A DNA stretch of 46,775 bases from Reinekea blandensis MED297 (lineage in GTDB: Bacteria; Pseudomonadota; Gammaproteobacteria; Pseudomonadales; Natronospirillaceae), in NCBI RefSeq assembly GCF_000153185.1, contig NZ_CH724155.1, forward strand, positions 29,678 through 76,452. The letters are read 5' to 3'. Numbering within the stretch: the stretch's first letter is position 1; every line of letters begins with the position of its first letter. Both the position numbers and the translations under genes were made by a program. This document shows, in pieces, positions 30,440-38,957 of the stretch. The notes under the pieces were generated by a model. It was not told the origin of the DNA and made no database searches. It was given only the letters and a program-made list of their open reading frames with translations.

Positions 30440-30847
30440 TCAGCGCAGATAGGGTTCAAAAGCCAGTAATGCCTGTTGAGCATTTTCAGCCAGCGTTACC
30501 AGTTCGGTTGCAATCAGATGGGTATCGGAATCCAAGGCCAGGGCTCCGAAAGCGACGTAATAGTTTTCAACCAGCGCAAACGCACTTAATGGCATCGGCA
30601 CGTTCAGTTCAAGCAGCAGAGCGTTCAGTTGGGTTTCGCGGTCATCACGAATCTCAGCGCGATGTGCCAGGTAGGCAATGCATAAAATCTGGGTATCGGT
30701 ATGGGTGACAAAGATCGGAGGGTCATTCAAATGCTCCACTTCCACCCGCAGGACCGAATGATCGCCCTGAATCGGCATGCAATGGAAACGATGTCCCTCA
30801 AACTGACTGCTGTCGAGGAATGCGTTGAGCTGTTGCAATCGGGTCAT
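30440..30847 (-). CDS. YjfI-like protein (DUF2170)
   Basis: The C-terminal VENYYVAFGALALDSDTHLIATELVTLAENAQQALLAFE closely parallels the E. coli YjfI C-terminus (EEYYIVFGALSLKSSLEDILLEITSLVDNALDLAEI). Start chosen at MTRLQ with GGGAGG 5 nt upstream. Its stop overlaps the RBS of the next gene. Confidence 0.65.
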   Translation of the reverse strand: MTRLQQLNAFLDSSQFEGHRFHCMPIQGDHSVLRVEVEHLNDPPIFVTHTDTQILCIAYLAHRAEIRDDRETQLNALLLELNVPMPLSAFALVENYYVAFGALALDSDTHLIATELVTLAENAQQALLAFEPYLR

Positions 30848-30874
30848 GCCGCCTCCCTGGCTGAGCATCAGATA

Positions 30875-30953
30875 TTGACATAATATGTCGGTCATCCTGA
30901 CCGAGCGGGACATATTATGTCAAACAGTTACGAACGAAAGTGACTTTTGTCAC
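30875..30953. promoter_or_regulatory. Cluster of perfect palindromes in the divergent promoter region: a 15-bp inverted repeat with a nested 5-bp IR, plus a second 5-bp IR
   Basis: TTGACATAATATGTC (30875-30889) and GACATATTATGTCAA (30909-30923) are exact reverse complements. The 19-bp spacer contains GGTCAtccTGACC. GTGACttttGTCAC follows at 30940-30953. The arm also reads as a -35-like TTGACA fused to TAATAT. Confidence 0.55.
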
Positions 30954-33900
30954 AGCTTTTGAGTGTGTGGTTTCCATTTGGCGCAACCACCAGAAAGCCG
31001 TTAAGATCTGCCCTCCATGCTTCCAAGGATCGGGCCGTGTCCACTTCCGCCATTGCTGATGTCATCCGCTACTACCGGGATTGCTTCCAGGCGTCGTTTT
31101 TCTCTTCCGCCGGGTACGGCTTATTTGATCAGAAAGATCTGGTGCCTTTGGCCATTGCGCACCTGGATGACGGCATTCCCTGGTCGGAGCAATGGCAGCA
31201 GCAATATGTGATCGATGCCGATCAGGTCCATCTGATGCGCATCGACGGCATCACCTTGATTCCGGAACCCAACAGCGCAGCCACGACCGATGCCCACTAT
31301 CGCCCGTCCCGCGTCGCGCAGATGAACGCCTGGGCCGATAACCCCCAGGCCGAGCCGGACTGGGACGAGGAGTGGCAACAACAGTTACAGGCCGATACCG
31401 AACCGGCCCCTCAATTAACGGTGGCCTCACTGCCGAGCCTGTCGAACCTGGCCGACTGGTTGCAAGAGCAGGCCGAGCAATCCACGGAACGCCGGCAACT
31501 GGCCGTCAGTGTGTTGTTTTTGATGCCCAAAAACTTTCGTGCGACCGCGCACAAAGCCGATTTCGTTGCCTATCTCGACCGGCTGACCCACCAGCATCAC
31601 AACCCCGACAGTCTGCTGTGGCAAAGTCTGCTGCGACAGTCTGTTATGCCGGTTACGACCACACCGACGCCCGAACTGCCCTTTTTATCTCAGCGCCAGA
31701 ACCAGGCGTTGCACAGCGCCCGTACGCGTCGGTTTTCGCTGATCCAGGGTCCGCCCGGGACCGGCAAAAGCCGGCTACTCGCCACGTTGGCGGCGCAACT
31801 GGCCAGTGACAACAAAGCCGTCTTGCTGACCAGCCACAGCGACCATGCCCTGACCGTACTGCGGGAAAAACTGGTGCAGGATATCGGTCTTGATGAGCGC
31901 TGGCTGGTTCATATCGGACCGGGACGTCGGACCCGAAAGCTGGCCGAACACCTGTCGCGGCTACTGACCCGAAGTGACGAACCTGCGGCGCCCACTCGCG
32001 CGATGCCCGGCGCGTGGGCGGACTTCCATCGCAGCGAGACACGCCTGCGCCGGCAACTGGCTCGTGAACCCCAACTGACAGAGAACTGGCTAACCGGCGA
32101 GCTGACCGGTTCGCAATCATTGAAACGCCGATGGTGGTCACTGTGGCACCGCGACCATCATCACCTCAACCGCACCATCGATACCCTGCATGCCTCGGTC
32201 GATCAACTCGCCCGAGCGTTCGGTGCCGATCTTAACCGACAACTGCACCAGGCTTTTCAGTTTTCGCGGACTAAGAACAGTGACGCCTGGTCCACCTTGG
32301 CACAGCGCCTGAAACGCGGCAGTCTTCGCGAAAGCGTTGGCCATCTGAATCAGCGCCGGGACGATGTGTTTACACCCACCGATGGGCTGAAAATCTGGTT
32401 AATCAAACTGGATGATCTGCCCGAACAGGCTTTTGGCCTGTTCGACACCGTCATCATCGACGAAGCGACGCAGGTCAATATGGCGGAAGCCATTCCGGCA
32501 CTGGCGCTGAGCCGTCATGCCGTGGTGGCCGGCGACCCCCGACAACTTCGACATTACAGCTTTTTGAGCCGCGAACAGGAGGCCCGCATTGCCGGCAGCC
32601 TGAATCTGAACCCGGACGATGTCGTCAGCTTCCGCGACACCAGCCTGCTCGACTACAGCGAACAGTACCTGACAGGTATTTCAGCCTTTGATGCCTGCCA
32701 CCAGCTCGACGAACACTATCGTTCCGTGCCGCCATTGATGGATTTCAACAGCCGACAGTTTTATCAGGGCGATGTCCAGGTGCTGACCGGGCTGAATCAG
32801 GTCAACAGTCTCAAGCTGCACCTGAACTGGGTGATGACCGAAGGACAACGGGTTAACAAAATCAATCAGGCTGAGGCTTCCGTGCTTATCGAGCATCTGA
32901 CGCAGCTGATCAACCGCGAACGGAACCAACCGGTTAGCAAAAAAACGACTCTCGGGGTGCTTTCATTTTTCCGCGATCAGACGGAGCACCTGAAACAACA
33001 GATTCTGCAAACCTGTTCACTCAGTGACATTCGCGCGCATCAGGTTAAGGTGGGTACGCCCTTTTCGTTTCAGGGTGAAGAGCGCGACCACATGCTGATT
33101 TCCTGTGCTATCGACGATCACAGCCACCCCGGCACCTGGGGGTATCTGAATCAACCGGATGTATTCAATGTGGCGACATCCCGTGCCAGACGCCAACAGA
33201 CGCTGTTTCTGTCGGCCAGTCCAGCCGAACTGCCGGTTAACTCGGTGCTACGCAGCTATTACGATTTCAGCCGCACACCACCAACCTCGGCAACCGCACC
33301 GGAACAGAGCCTGCCCTGGTTACGACACCTGTTACCCGCACTTCAGGACGCGGGCTTCCGTACCCTGGCACAGCAATACATCGCCGACATCCCCATCGAT
33401 TTGATTCTGGAAGCCGATGGCCGGACGCTGGCTGTCGACCTGATCGGTTTTCCTTCCGAGGTCGGTCAGGCGATTCATCTGGACCGTTACCTGGCCCTGT
33501 TCCGCGCGGGTATTCCCTTGTTTCCGTTCAGTGCCCGGGAATGGGTCTTAAACCCCAATGGTTTGATCGAAGACCTGCTTCGCTGGGCCGGACAATACGA
33601 TCATCGACTATCGATGGAGTCCCCCAAGGAAACAACACCCGGCTCTGACTTCATTCCTGCCAAACTCTGGCAAGGGCTTTCTCGATGCCAGCAAAGTCCG
33701 GACGTGCAACAGGAGTTCACCGATGCTGAGTTGCAACTCACTGACCAGATTCACCGGCTTGAAACCCTGTTGAGCAGCCTCTTTCAACCCGGCTCAGTGA
33801 CGTATCTACGATATCAATCGGCTATTACCTCAGTGGCAGGTCAGACACTGGAAAACCTGGAAACCTACCGGTTGCTGTTCAGTCAGGTCTGGGAACAGGG

Positions 33901-34084
33901 CAGTCAGGATCATGCTTACTGGAATGGCTTGGTAGCCCCCATTAAACAACGGCATTTGGATTACCTGTCGGCGCTGCAGCGGTTGCAAACCTCGTTGACC
34001 GAAACCATCGCTCAGCAGAAGCCCGATACCTTTCAGCTTAACGATCTGGAAGCCTTAACGGAGCGGCTGAAGCATTATCAGTAA
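30947..34084 (+). CDS. Superfamily-1 helicase, Upf1/DNA2/NAM7-like (AAA_11/AAA_12)
   Basis: Walker A LIQGPPGTGKSRLLATL, Walker B VIIDEATQV, motifs VVAGDPRQL and FNVATSRAR. About 300 aa N-terminal and about 330 aa C-terminal regions are unassigned. The ORF-track start is a TTG at 30947 with a poor RBS. The in-frame GTG at 31037 preceded by AAGGA (7-nt spacing) is a plausible true start. Confidence 0.8.
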   Translation: MSQLLSVWFPFGATTRKPLRSALHASKDRAVSTSAIADVIRYYRDCFQASFFSSAGYGLFDQKDLVPLAIAHLDDGIPWSEQWQQQYVIDADQVHLMRIDGITLIPEPNSAATTDAHYRPSRVAQMNAWADNPQAEPDWDEEWQQQLQADTEPAPQLTVASLPSLSNLADWLQEQAEQSTERRQLAVSVLFLMPKNFRATAHKADFVAYLDRLTHQHHNPDSLLWQSLLRQSVMPVTTTPTPELPFLSQRQNQALHSARTRRFSLIQGPPGTGKSRLLATLAAQLASDNKAVLLTSHSDHALTVLREKLVQDIGLDERWLVHIGPGRRTRKLAEHLSRLLTRSDEPAAPTRAMPGAWADFHRSETRLRRQLAREPQLTENWLTGELTGSQSLKRRWWSLWHRDHHHLNRTIDTLHASVDQLARAFGADLNRQLHQAFQFSRTKNSDAWSTLAQRLKRGSLRESVGHLNQRRDDVFTPTDGLKIWLIKLDDLPEQAFGLFDTVIIDEATQVNMAEAIPALALSRHAVVAGDPRQLRHYSFLSREQEARIAGSLNLNPDDVVSFRDTSLLDYSEQYLTGISAFDACHQLDEHYRSVPPLMDFNSRQFYQGDVQVLTGLNQVNSLKLHLNWVMTEGQRVNKINQAEASVLIEHLTQLINRERNQPVSKKTTLGVLSFFRDQTEHLKQQILQTCSLSDIRAHQVKVGTPFSFQGEERDHMLISCAIDDHSHPGTWGYLNQPDVFNVATSRARRQQTLFLSASPAELPVNSVLRSYYDFSRTPPTSATAPEQSLPWLRHLLPALQDAGFRTLAQQYIADIPIDLILEADGRTLAVDLIGFPSEVGQAIHLDRYLALFRAGIPLFPFSAREWVLNPNGLIEDLLRWAGQYDHRLSMESPKETTPGSDFIPAKLWQGLSRCQQSPDVQQEFTDAELQLTDQIHRLETLLSSLFQPGSVTYLRYQSAITSVAGQTLENLETYRLLFSQVWEQGSQDHAYWNGLVAPIKQRHLDYLSALQRLQTSLTETIAQQKPDTFQLNDLEALTERLKHYQ

Positions 34085-34821
34085 GGCATGTTATAACGTT
34101 TAAGAATGGTTTCCTGTTCGGGTCGCACACGATCCAGCGCGGCCTGGAAGGCGTTGACGACGTCCTCCGAGACACCAAAACTGAAGGCATAATGCCCACG
34201 GGTTTCCCGTGTGGTAGCCAACAGGCGCAAGGCAAACCCCTGTTCATCCGCCAGCTTTACCAAGGTCCGATAGGGCGCTTCTGACAGCGAAAACAGGCGG
34301 CTACGTTGCCGGCTTACCAGGGTAAACAGCGTTTCCGGCGAATCCACGAGATCGAGCTTTTCAGGGGGGTAGCCCAGTTCTTCCATGGCGTACTGGCTGA
34401 TGTCCGATTGAATCGCCACCACCCGTTCGGTGTGATCAACTCGGGGGTTATAGCTTTCGATACCGCTGCCCACGAAAGTGAACAGGAAACTGTAGGAAGA
34501 ATGCGTGTGGCCCACCCATTGAAACAGCGGCTCACGCGCCGGGGTCCGCGACATGGTGAACAGCATGACCGGGCGCTCGGATTGTGCCAGATGATAGCCT
34601 CGCGCCCAGGGCATCACGTCGATGTCGGGAAACTCAACGCCCAGCTCGTCGTAAACCAGCTGAAGAATTTCCACAGACAAACCCGTCAGTTCGCCGTCCT
34701 GAAAGTAGTTCAGCGGCGGGTAATCTTCGGTTATGACCTGCAGATTGCGGATCTGGGCCGTTAAATCATTTGCTGTCGCCACACTGAAAAGCAGCAGGCT
34801 CCAGACGACCAATTGCCTCAA
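34078..34821 (-). CDS. Periplasmic solute-binding protein (ABC-type, family 3-like), orphan
   Basis: Signal peptide MRQLVVWSLLLFSVATA. Length and pattern fit type-2 periplasmic binding proteins. No adjacent permease or ATPase genes. Confidence 0.55.
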   Translation of the reverse strand: MRQLVVWSLLLFSVATANDLTAQIRNLQVITEDYPPLNYFQDGELTGLSVEILQLVYDELGVEFPDIDVMPWARGYHLAQSERPVMLFTMSRTPAREPLFQWVGHTHSSYSFLFTFVGSGIESYNPRVDHTERVVAIQSDISQYAMEELGYPPEKLDLVDSPETLFTLVSRQRSRLFSLSEAPYRTLVKLADEQGFALRLLATTRETRGHYAFSFGVSEDVVNAFQAALDRVRPEQETILKRYNMPY

Positions 34822-35163
34822 CGGAATACCCTCGGATGGTGTCAGCGATTGAAGTGTAGACCACCCTCACGGGTTTGCTTCAATTACAGCCTCCCGAAGG
34901 GCGACTTCTATCGGATTTTTCGATGGTCATTTATGATTTTTTAAAATTCCATCGATGAGTCACTAGCCTATACTGAACTCAGGTTCCAGAGGGGAAGGTC
35001 GATGGCAGGCAAACACCACAGATTTCAACAGCGGTTCACAACCGCCGCACAGGCAACCAACACGGCGACCAGCCACCGGGCTCAGTTTCAGCAATGGTGG
35101 CAGCTGCTGTCCGATGCAGCTCGGGCGCAGGCCCTGTTAGCACCCTAATACTTGAATGCCCGG

Positions 35164-37347
35164 TTAAGACCGGGCGCTCGGATCGGCATTAAAGGAACTG
35201 GCAGGCTGGAAACGGAACAGTTTCGCCAACACAACATCCGGCAGTTTTTCGATTTGCGTGTTGTAGAGTTCTACCGAGTCGTTGTACCCCTGACGGATCA
35301 AAGCAAGCTCGTCCTCGGATCGGGTCATCTGATCACGGAACGTCTTTACCAGTGAGTTGGCTTTCAAATCCGGGTAATCTTCAACGCGCGCGATAAAGGC
35401 ATCCACCACCTTATTTTCGAAAGCCAGCTGTTTTTCTGCCTGGTCCGGGTTTTCCGAATAACTGGATTGACCATTACGCAGTTTCACCATGGCGGCCATC
35501 AGCTTTTTCTCATGTGCCATATACCCCTGCACCGTCGTCAGCAATCTTGGCCACAGGTCATGACGTTTCTGCAACAGAGTGTCGATGTCGGCCCGGGTTT
35601 TATCGACTCGGTTCTTCAAGAACACCAACCCGTTGTAATGCAGGATGGCGGTAATCAATAACAGCAGCAACGGCACAATCAACGACACTTTGATCAGGTC
35701 CAGAGGCGTTAACAGGCCACTGCCGCTGAGTAACACGGTCCCCGCCATCAGGCTGAAGCCAAGAGCCAACCCGGTGAGCATGAAACCACTGGCGCCCCGG
35801 CCTTTCACGACCTCGTCTTCTTCCTGAGTGGTGATCAGGTACTCGAAATCTTCGCTTTTCTGAATGCTGAGCCGGTCGGCATCGGCATCGGCGATGCCGG
35901 CAAAGCCAAGACAGTAAACGTTGCGGAAAGGGGGTAACCAATATTCGGTGTAGCGCTTACGGCCCTGCCGATCGACATTTTTTTCAGGGTACACAATGTT
36001 GGCACCGGCCGGGTTTACCGCGACCTGACCCATCTCATCTTCAAGCCAGAACTCCGTCTGCGCTTCCCCTTCATCCAATGTCACCCACTTCGCGTTTTTG
36101 CCGCTGCCACGCCGCTCTTCAACGCAATAACGATAGGCCACACATTTGGCGCTGTTCAGCTGACTGGTCAGAAAGGGTTTACGGTCATCGACATTGATCA
36201 TGCCAAACAACTCGGCAATGCCATACGCCAGTCCCGTTGTTTGAGACGTCGGGACAAACTCCACCAGCCGCTTAAAGCGAATCGCTTTCAGCGCCAGCCA
36301 GATCAGCACCGCCGTACCCAAGGTTCCGCCGGCCGCCAGCACATAAACCACCCACTGCTGAGAATATTGACTGCCCGAGGTGTCCTGCAATCGGCTTTCG
36401 ATGCGCTGCTGTTCATTGGTCGACAAGGCGGGTGGTCGAAACGATTCATTTTCAGCCATACGGAACAACAGGCTGTCCGGCCATTGCGAAGCACTGCGTT
36501 TAATCAACGCATACATCGCATAGAGGTCTTCAATGGCCGCCGGTTCCCGGCTGGCTAATGCGCCTTCGGATCGTTCCTGATAGAGCGCCGCCGCATCTTG
36601 CCAATCTTTCTGCAGGTGAATCAGCCCAATACTCCACAGGGCAGCCAACAGTCCCAGCGTCATCACGACGACAAAAACCCAGTAACGATGAACGCCAAAC
36701 ACCACCAATGCCGCCGCCAGTCCGACTGCCAGTAATCCGGTCGCCGCGGAGATCAGCAGACCCGATACAAAGAGGGTGTTGCCACCTTCGGTCTGCAAGG
36801 TTTGATAGGTCACAATGGTTTCCAGTTCCGCCGGCATTCTCGACAACTCAAACGCCTCACGTTGATAGTCATACCAGGCCATCATCTGAATCATATCGCC
36901 GGGGCGAATCGAATGTTCGGTATAAATCCGGTCGCCGGATTTGCGCCGATACGTCTGCCGGGCATGCCATTCGATATCCCCAATGGCTCGGCCGGGGTTA
37001 ATCTGACGTTCGCTCAGGCTGTCCTCTAACAAAAAGGTTGTGGCGCTCTCGCCGGAATCCAGTGTCCGGGTTTTCCGGTTGCCTTCAGAGTCGGTGTATT
37101 CTTCTTCCAGTTTGTAATGGAAGTACACCACCCGGTCTTTGGCATAGGGAGTGGTGATCAGGGCGTTCTGTTCAGCCACCCGACCTTCAATGGCGTACAC
37201 ACCTTGCGTGACAGCATCCAGTGAGGACAACGGCAACCGGTCGAGCTGTCGAACATCCGATAACTGGGCAAAACCCCAGCGAAAGCAAAATAATGAGGCA
37301 ATGATCAGAACCACACTGAGCACTGCAAAGCCGAGTCGTTTCCACAT
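35164..37347 (-). CDS. LemA-family protein fused to a large duplicated N-terminal membrane domain
   Basis: The C-terminal 190 aa is a LemA domain (TM + NRVDKTRADIDTLLQKRHDLWPRL...YNDSVELYNTQIEKLPDVVLAKLF). The N-terminal 520 aa contains two similar modules. Each is a TM followed by an about 200-aa domain and two further TMs, resembling GIDE/DUF-type membrane domains. Start chosen at MWKRL with AAGGAA upstream. Confidence 0.6.
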   Translation of the reverse strand: MWKRLGFAVLSVVLIIASLFCFRWGFAQLSDVRQLDRLPLSSLDAVTQGVYAIEGRVAEQNALITTPYAKDRVVYFHYKLEEEYTDSEGNRKTRTLDSGESATTFLLEDSLSERQINPGRAIGDIEWHARQTYRRKSGDRIYTEHSIRPGDMIQMMAWYDYQREAFELSRMPAELETIVTYQTLQTEGGNTLFVSGLLISAATGLLAVGLAAALVVFGVHRYWVFVVVMTLGLLAALWSIGLIHLQKDWQDAAALYQERSEGALASREPAAIEDLYAMYALIKRSASQWPDSLLFRMAENESFRPPALSTNEQQRIESRLQDTSGSQYSQQWVVYVLAAGGTLGTAVLIWLALKAIRFKRLVEFVPTSQTTGLAYGIAELFGMINVDDRKPFLTSQLNSAKCVAYRYCVEERRGSGKNAKWVTLDEGEAQTEFWLEDEMGQVAVNPAGANIVYPEKNVDRQGRKRYTEYWLPPFRNVYCLGFAGIADADADRLSIQKSEDFEYLITTQEEDEVVKGRGASGFMLTGLALGFSLMAGTVLLSGSGLLTPLDLIKVSLIVPLLLLLITAILHYNGLVFLKNRVDKTRADIDTLLQKRHDLWPRLLTTVQGYMAHEKKLMAAMVKLRNGQSSYSENPDQAEKQLAFENKVVDAFIARVEDYPDLKANSLVKTFRDQMTRSEDELALIRQGYNDSVELYNTQIEKLPDVVLAKLFRFQPASSFNADPSARS

Positions 37348-37564
37348 TGTTTTTCGTTCCTTCTGGTCAATCGGCCATGGGAAGGGCATGATCTTGCACG
37401 CGGACGGTAACCGTCCAGTGCCAAAAGCCGTAAACCGGTCAGGACCTTTCCTCTGAGTCCTGATTGCCGGGGCCTGATAACACTAATTCAACCCTACCGG
37501 TCTGGCGCGGATTCATTACACTACGCCATCACGACCCAGTTCAACCGGCAAAGAAGGAAATCTC

Positions 37565-38317
37565 ATGACCAAACTCAGCGTCAACGTTAATAAAATCGCC
37601 TTATTACGAAACTCACGCGGGCACGATGCGCCCAACGTGGTTGAGTTTGCCCGACGTTTTATTGAGCTTGGCGTAACCGGCATCACCATTCATCCACGCC
37701 AGGATGAGCGGCACATTACCCGCCAGGATGCCCGCGATCTGGGCGATCTGATTCGCCCGTTGAATGACATCGAACTGAACATTGAAGGCTATCCGTCGGA
37801 AACCTTTCTGCAATTGATTGAAGAGGTTCGTCCCGACCAGACGACCTTGGTACCAGACGCACCGGACCAGCTCACCAGTGATCACGGCTTTGACTTTCAT
37901 ACCCAGGCAGAGTTTCTCGACCCGATCCTCACCCGTTTGAAAGCGACCGGAACCCGGGTGTCCGTGTTTCTCGATCCGGATGTTGAACAGGTTAAGCTGG
38001 CTGCGCAATCCAAAACCGATCGGATTGAACTGTATACCGAAGAATACGCCAGTCAGTTTCATCGCCCGCAACACACCGAGGTGCATCAGCGCTTTCACGA
38101 TGCTGCCGTTGAAGCCCAAAAACTGGGACTCGGTGTCAACGCCGGACACGACCTGAACCTTGAAAACCTGCCGGCATTTCTGAACATTCCAGGCATTCTT
38201 GAAGTTTCCATTGGGCATGCGCTCATTGTGGAATGCCTGGAATACGGGATGCCGTTTGTCGCGCGTCGCTACCTGGATATTTGCCGACGCAGTGCACTGA
38301 CCCACTCGGAGCAATAA
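37565..38317 (+). CDS. pdxJ: Pyridoxine 5'-phosphate synthase
   Basis: Collinear with E. coli PdxJ (LSVNVNKIALLRNSRG, GITIHPRQDERHI, VNAGHDLN, EVSIGHALI). Confidence 0.9.
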   Translation: MTKLSVNVNKIALLRNSRGHDAPNVVEFARRFIELGVTGITIHPRQDERHITRQDARDLGDLIRPLNDIELNIEGYPSETFLQLIEEVRPDQTTLVPDAPDQLTSDHGFDFHTQAEFLDPILTRLKATGTRVSVFLDPDVEQVKLAAQSKTDRIELYTEEYASQFHRPQHTEVHQRFHDAAVEAQKLGLGVNAGHDLNLENLPAFLNIPGILEVSIGHALIVECLEYGMPFVARRYLDICRRSALTHSEQ

Positions 38318-38318
38318 G

Positions 38319-38933
38319 ATGAACAACGGCGCCGACATTCAGCATCTGGTATTTGACATGGGCGGCGTGCTGATCGATATCGATTGGCACGGCAAAATTT
38401 CCGGCCTGCTCGGCCGGGACATTCCCTTCGACCAGATTCATGCATTATGGGGCGCTTCCGAAGCGGTTCACCGGTTTGAAACCGGTCAGTGCGATTTCAA
38501 CACCTTCACCCACGATTTCATTGAAGAGCAGGGGCTGGACACCACACCCGAAACCTTTGAGCAGGCGTTCCGGGAAATCATCATTGATGCCTTCCCCGGT
38601 GTCGTTGAGCTGCTGCAGGAACTCAAACCCCGATTCACGCTCAGCCTGCTGAGCAATACCAACGCGGCCCATTGGCAACAGGTGCAGACCGACTACGATT
38701 TTATTCCGTTGTTTGACCACCCCTGGACCAGTCTCGACTTCGGCATCATGAAACCGGATCCGGCCATCTACCAGGCACTGCTGGATAAGCTGCAGACATC
38801 GCCCTCATCAGTGCTGTTTTTTGACGATGGTGCTGCCAATGTGCAGGCCGCCAGAGACGTCGGTTTACACGCAGAACGGGTCTTCAATCCGGATGACATC
38901 CGTCAGGTGCTCACCGACTACCAGCTGCTCTGA
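38319..38933 (+). CDS. HAD-superfamily hydrolase
   Basis: Motif I FDMGGVLID and motif IV-like FFDDGAANVQAA. The ATG overlaps the pdxJ stop (translational coupling). Confidence 0.7.
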   Translation: MNNGADIQHLVFDMGGVLIDIDWHGKISGLLGRDIPFDQIHALWGASEAVHRFETGQCDFNTFTHDFIEEQGLDTTPETFEQAFREIIIDAFPGVVELLQELKPRFTLSLLSNTNAAHWQQVQTDYDFIPLFDHPWTSLDFGIMKPDPAIYQALLDKLQTSPSSVLFFDDGAANVQAARDVGLHAERVFNPDDIRQVLTDYQLL

Positions 38934-38957
38934 TATGCAGAGCCGTTTTGAGGGCAC

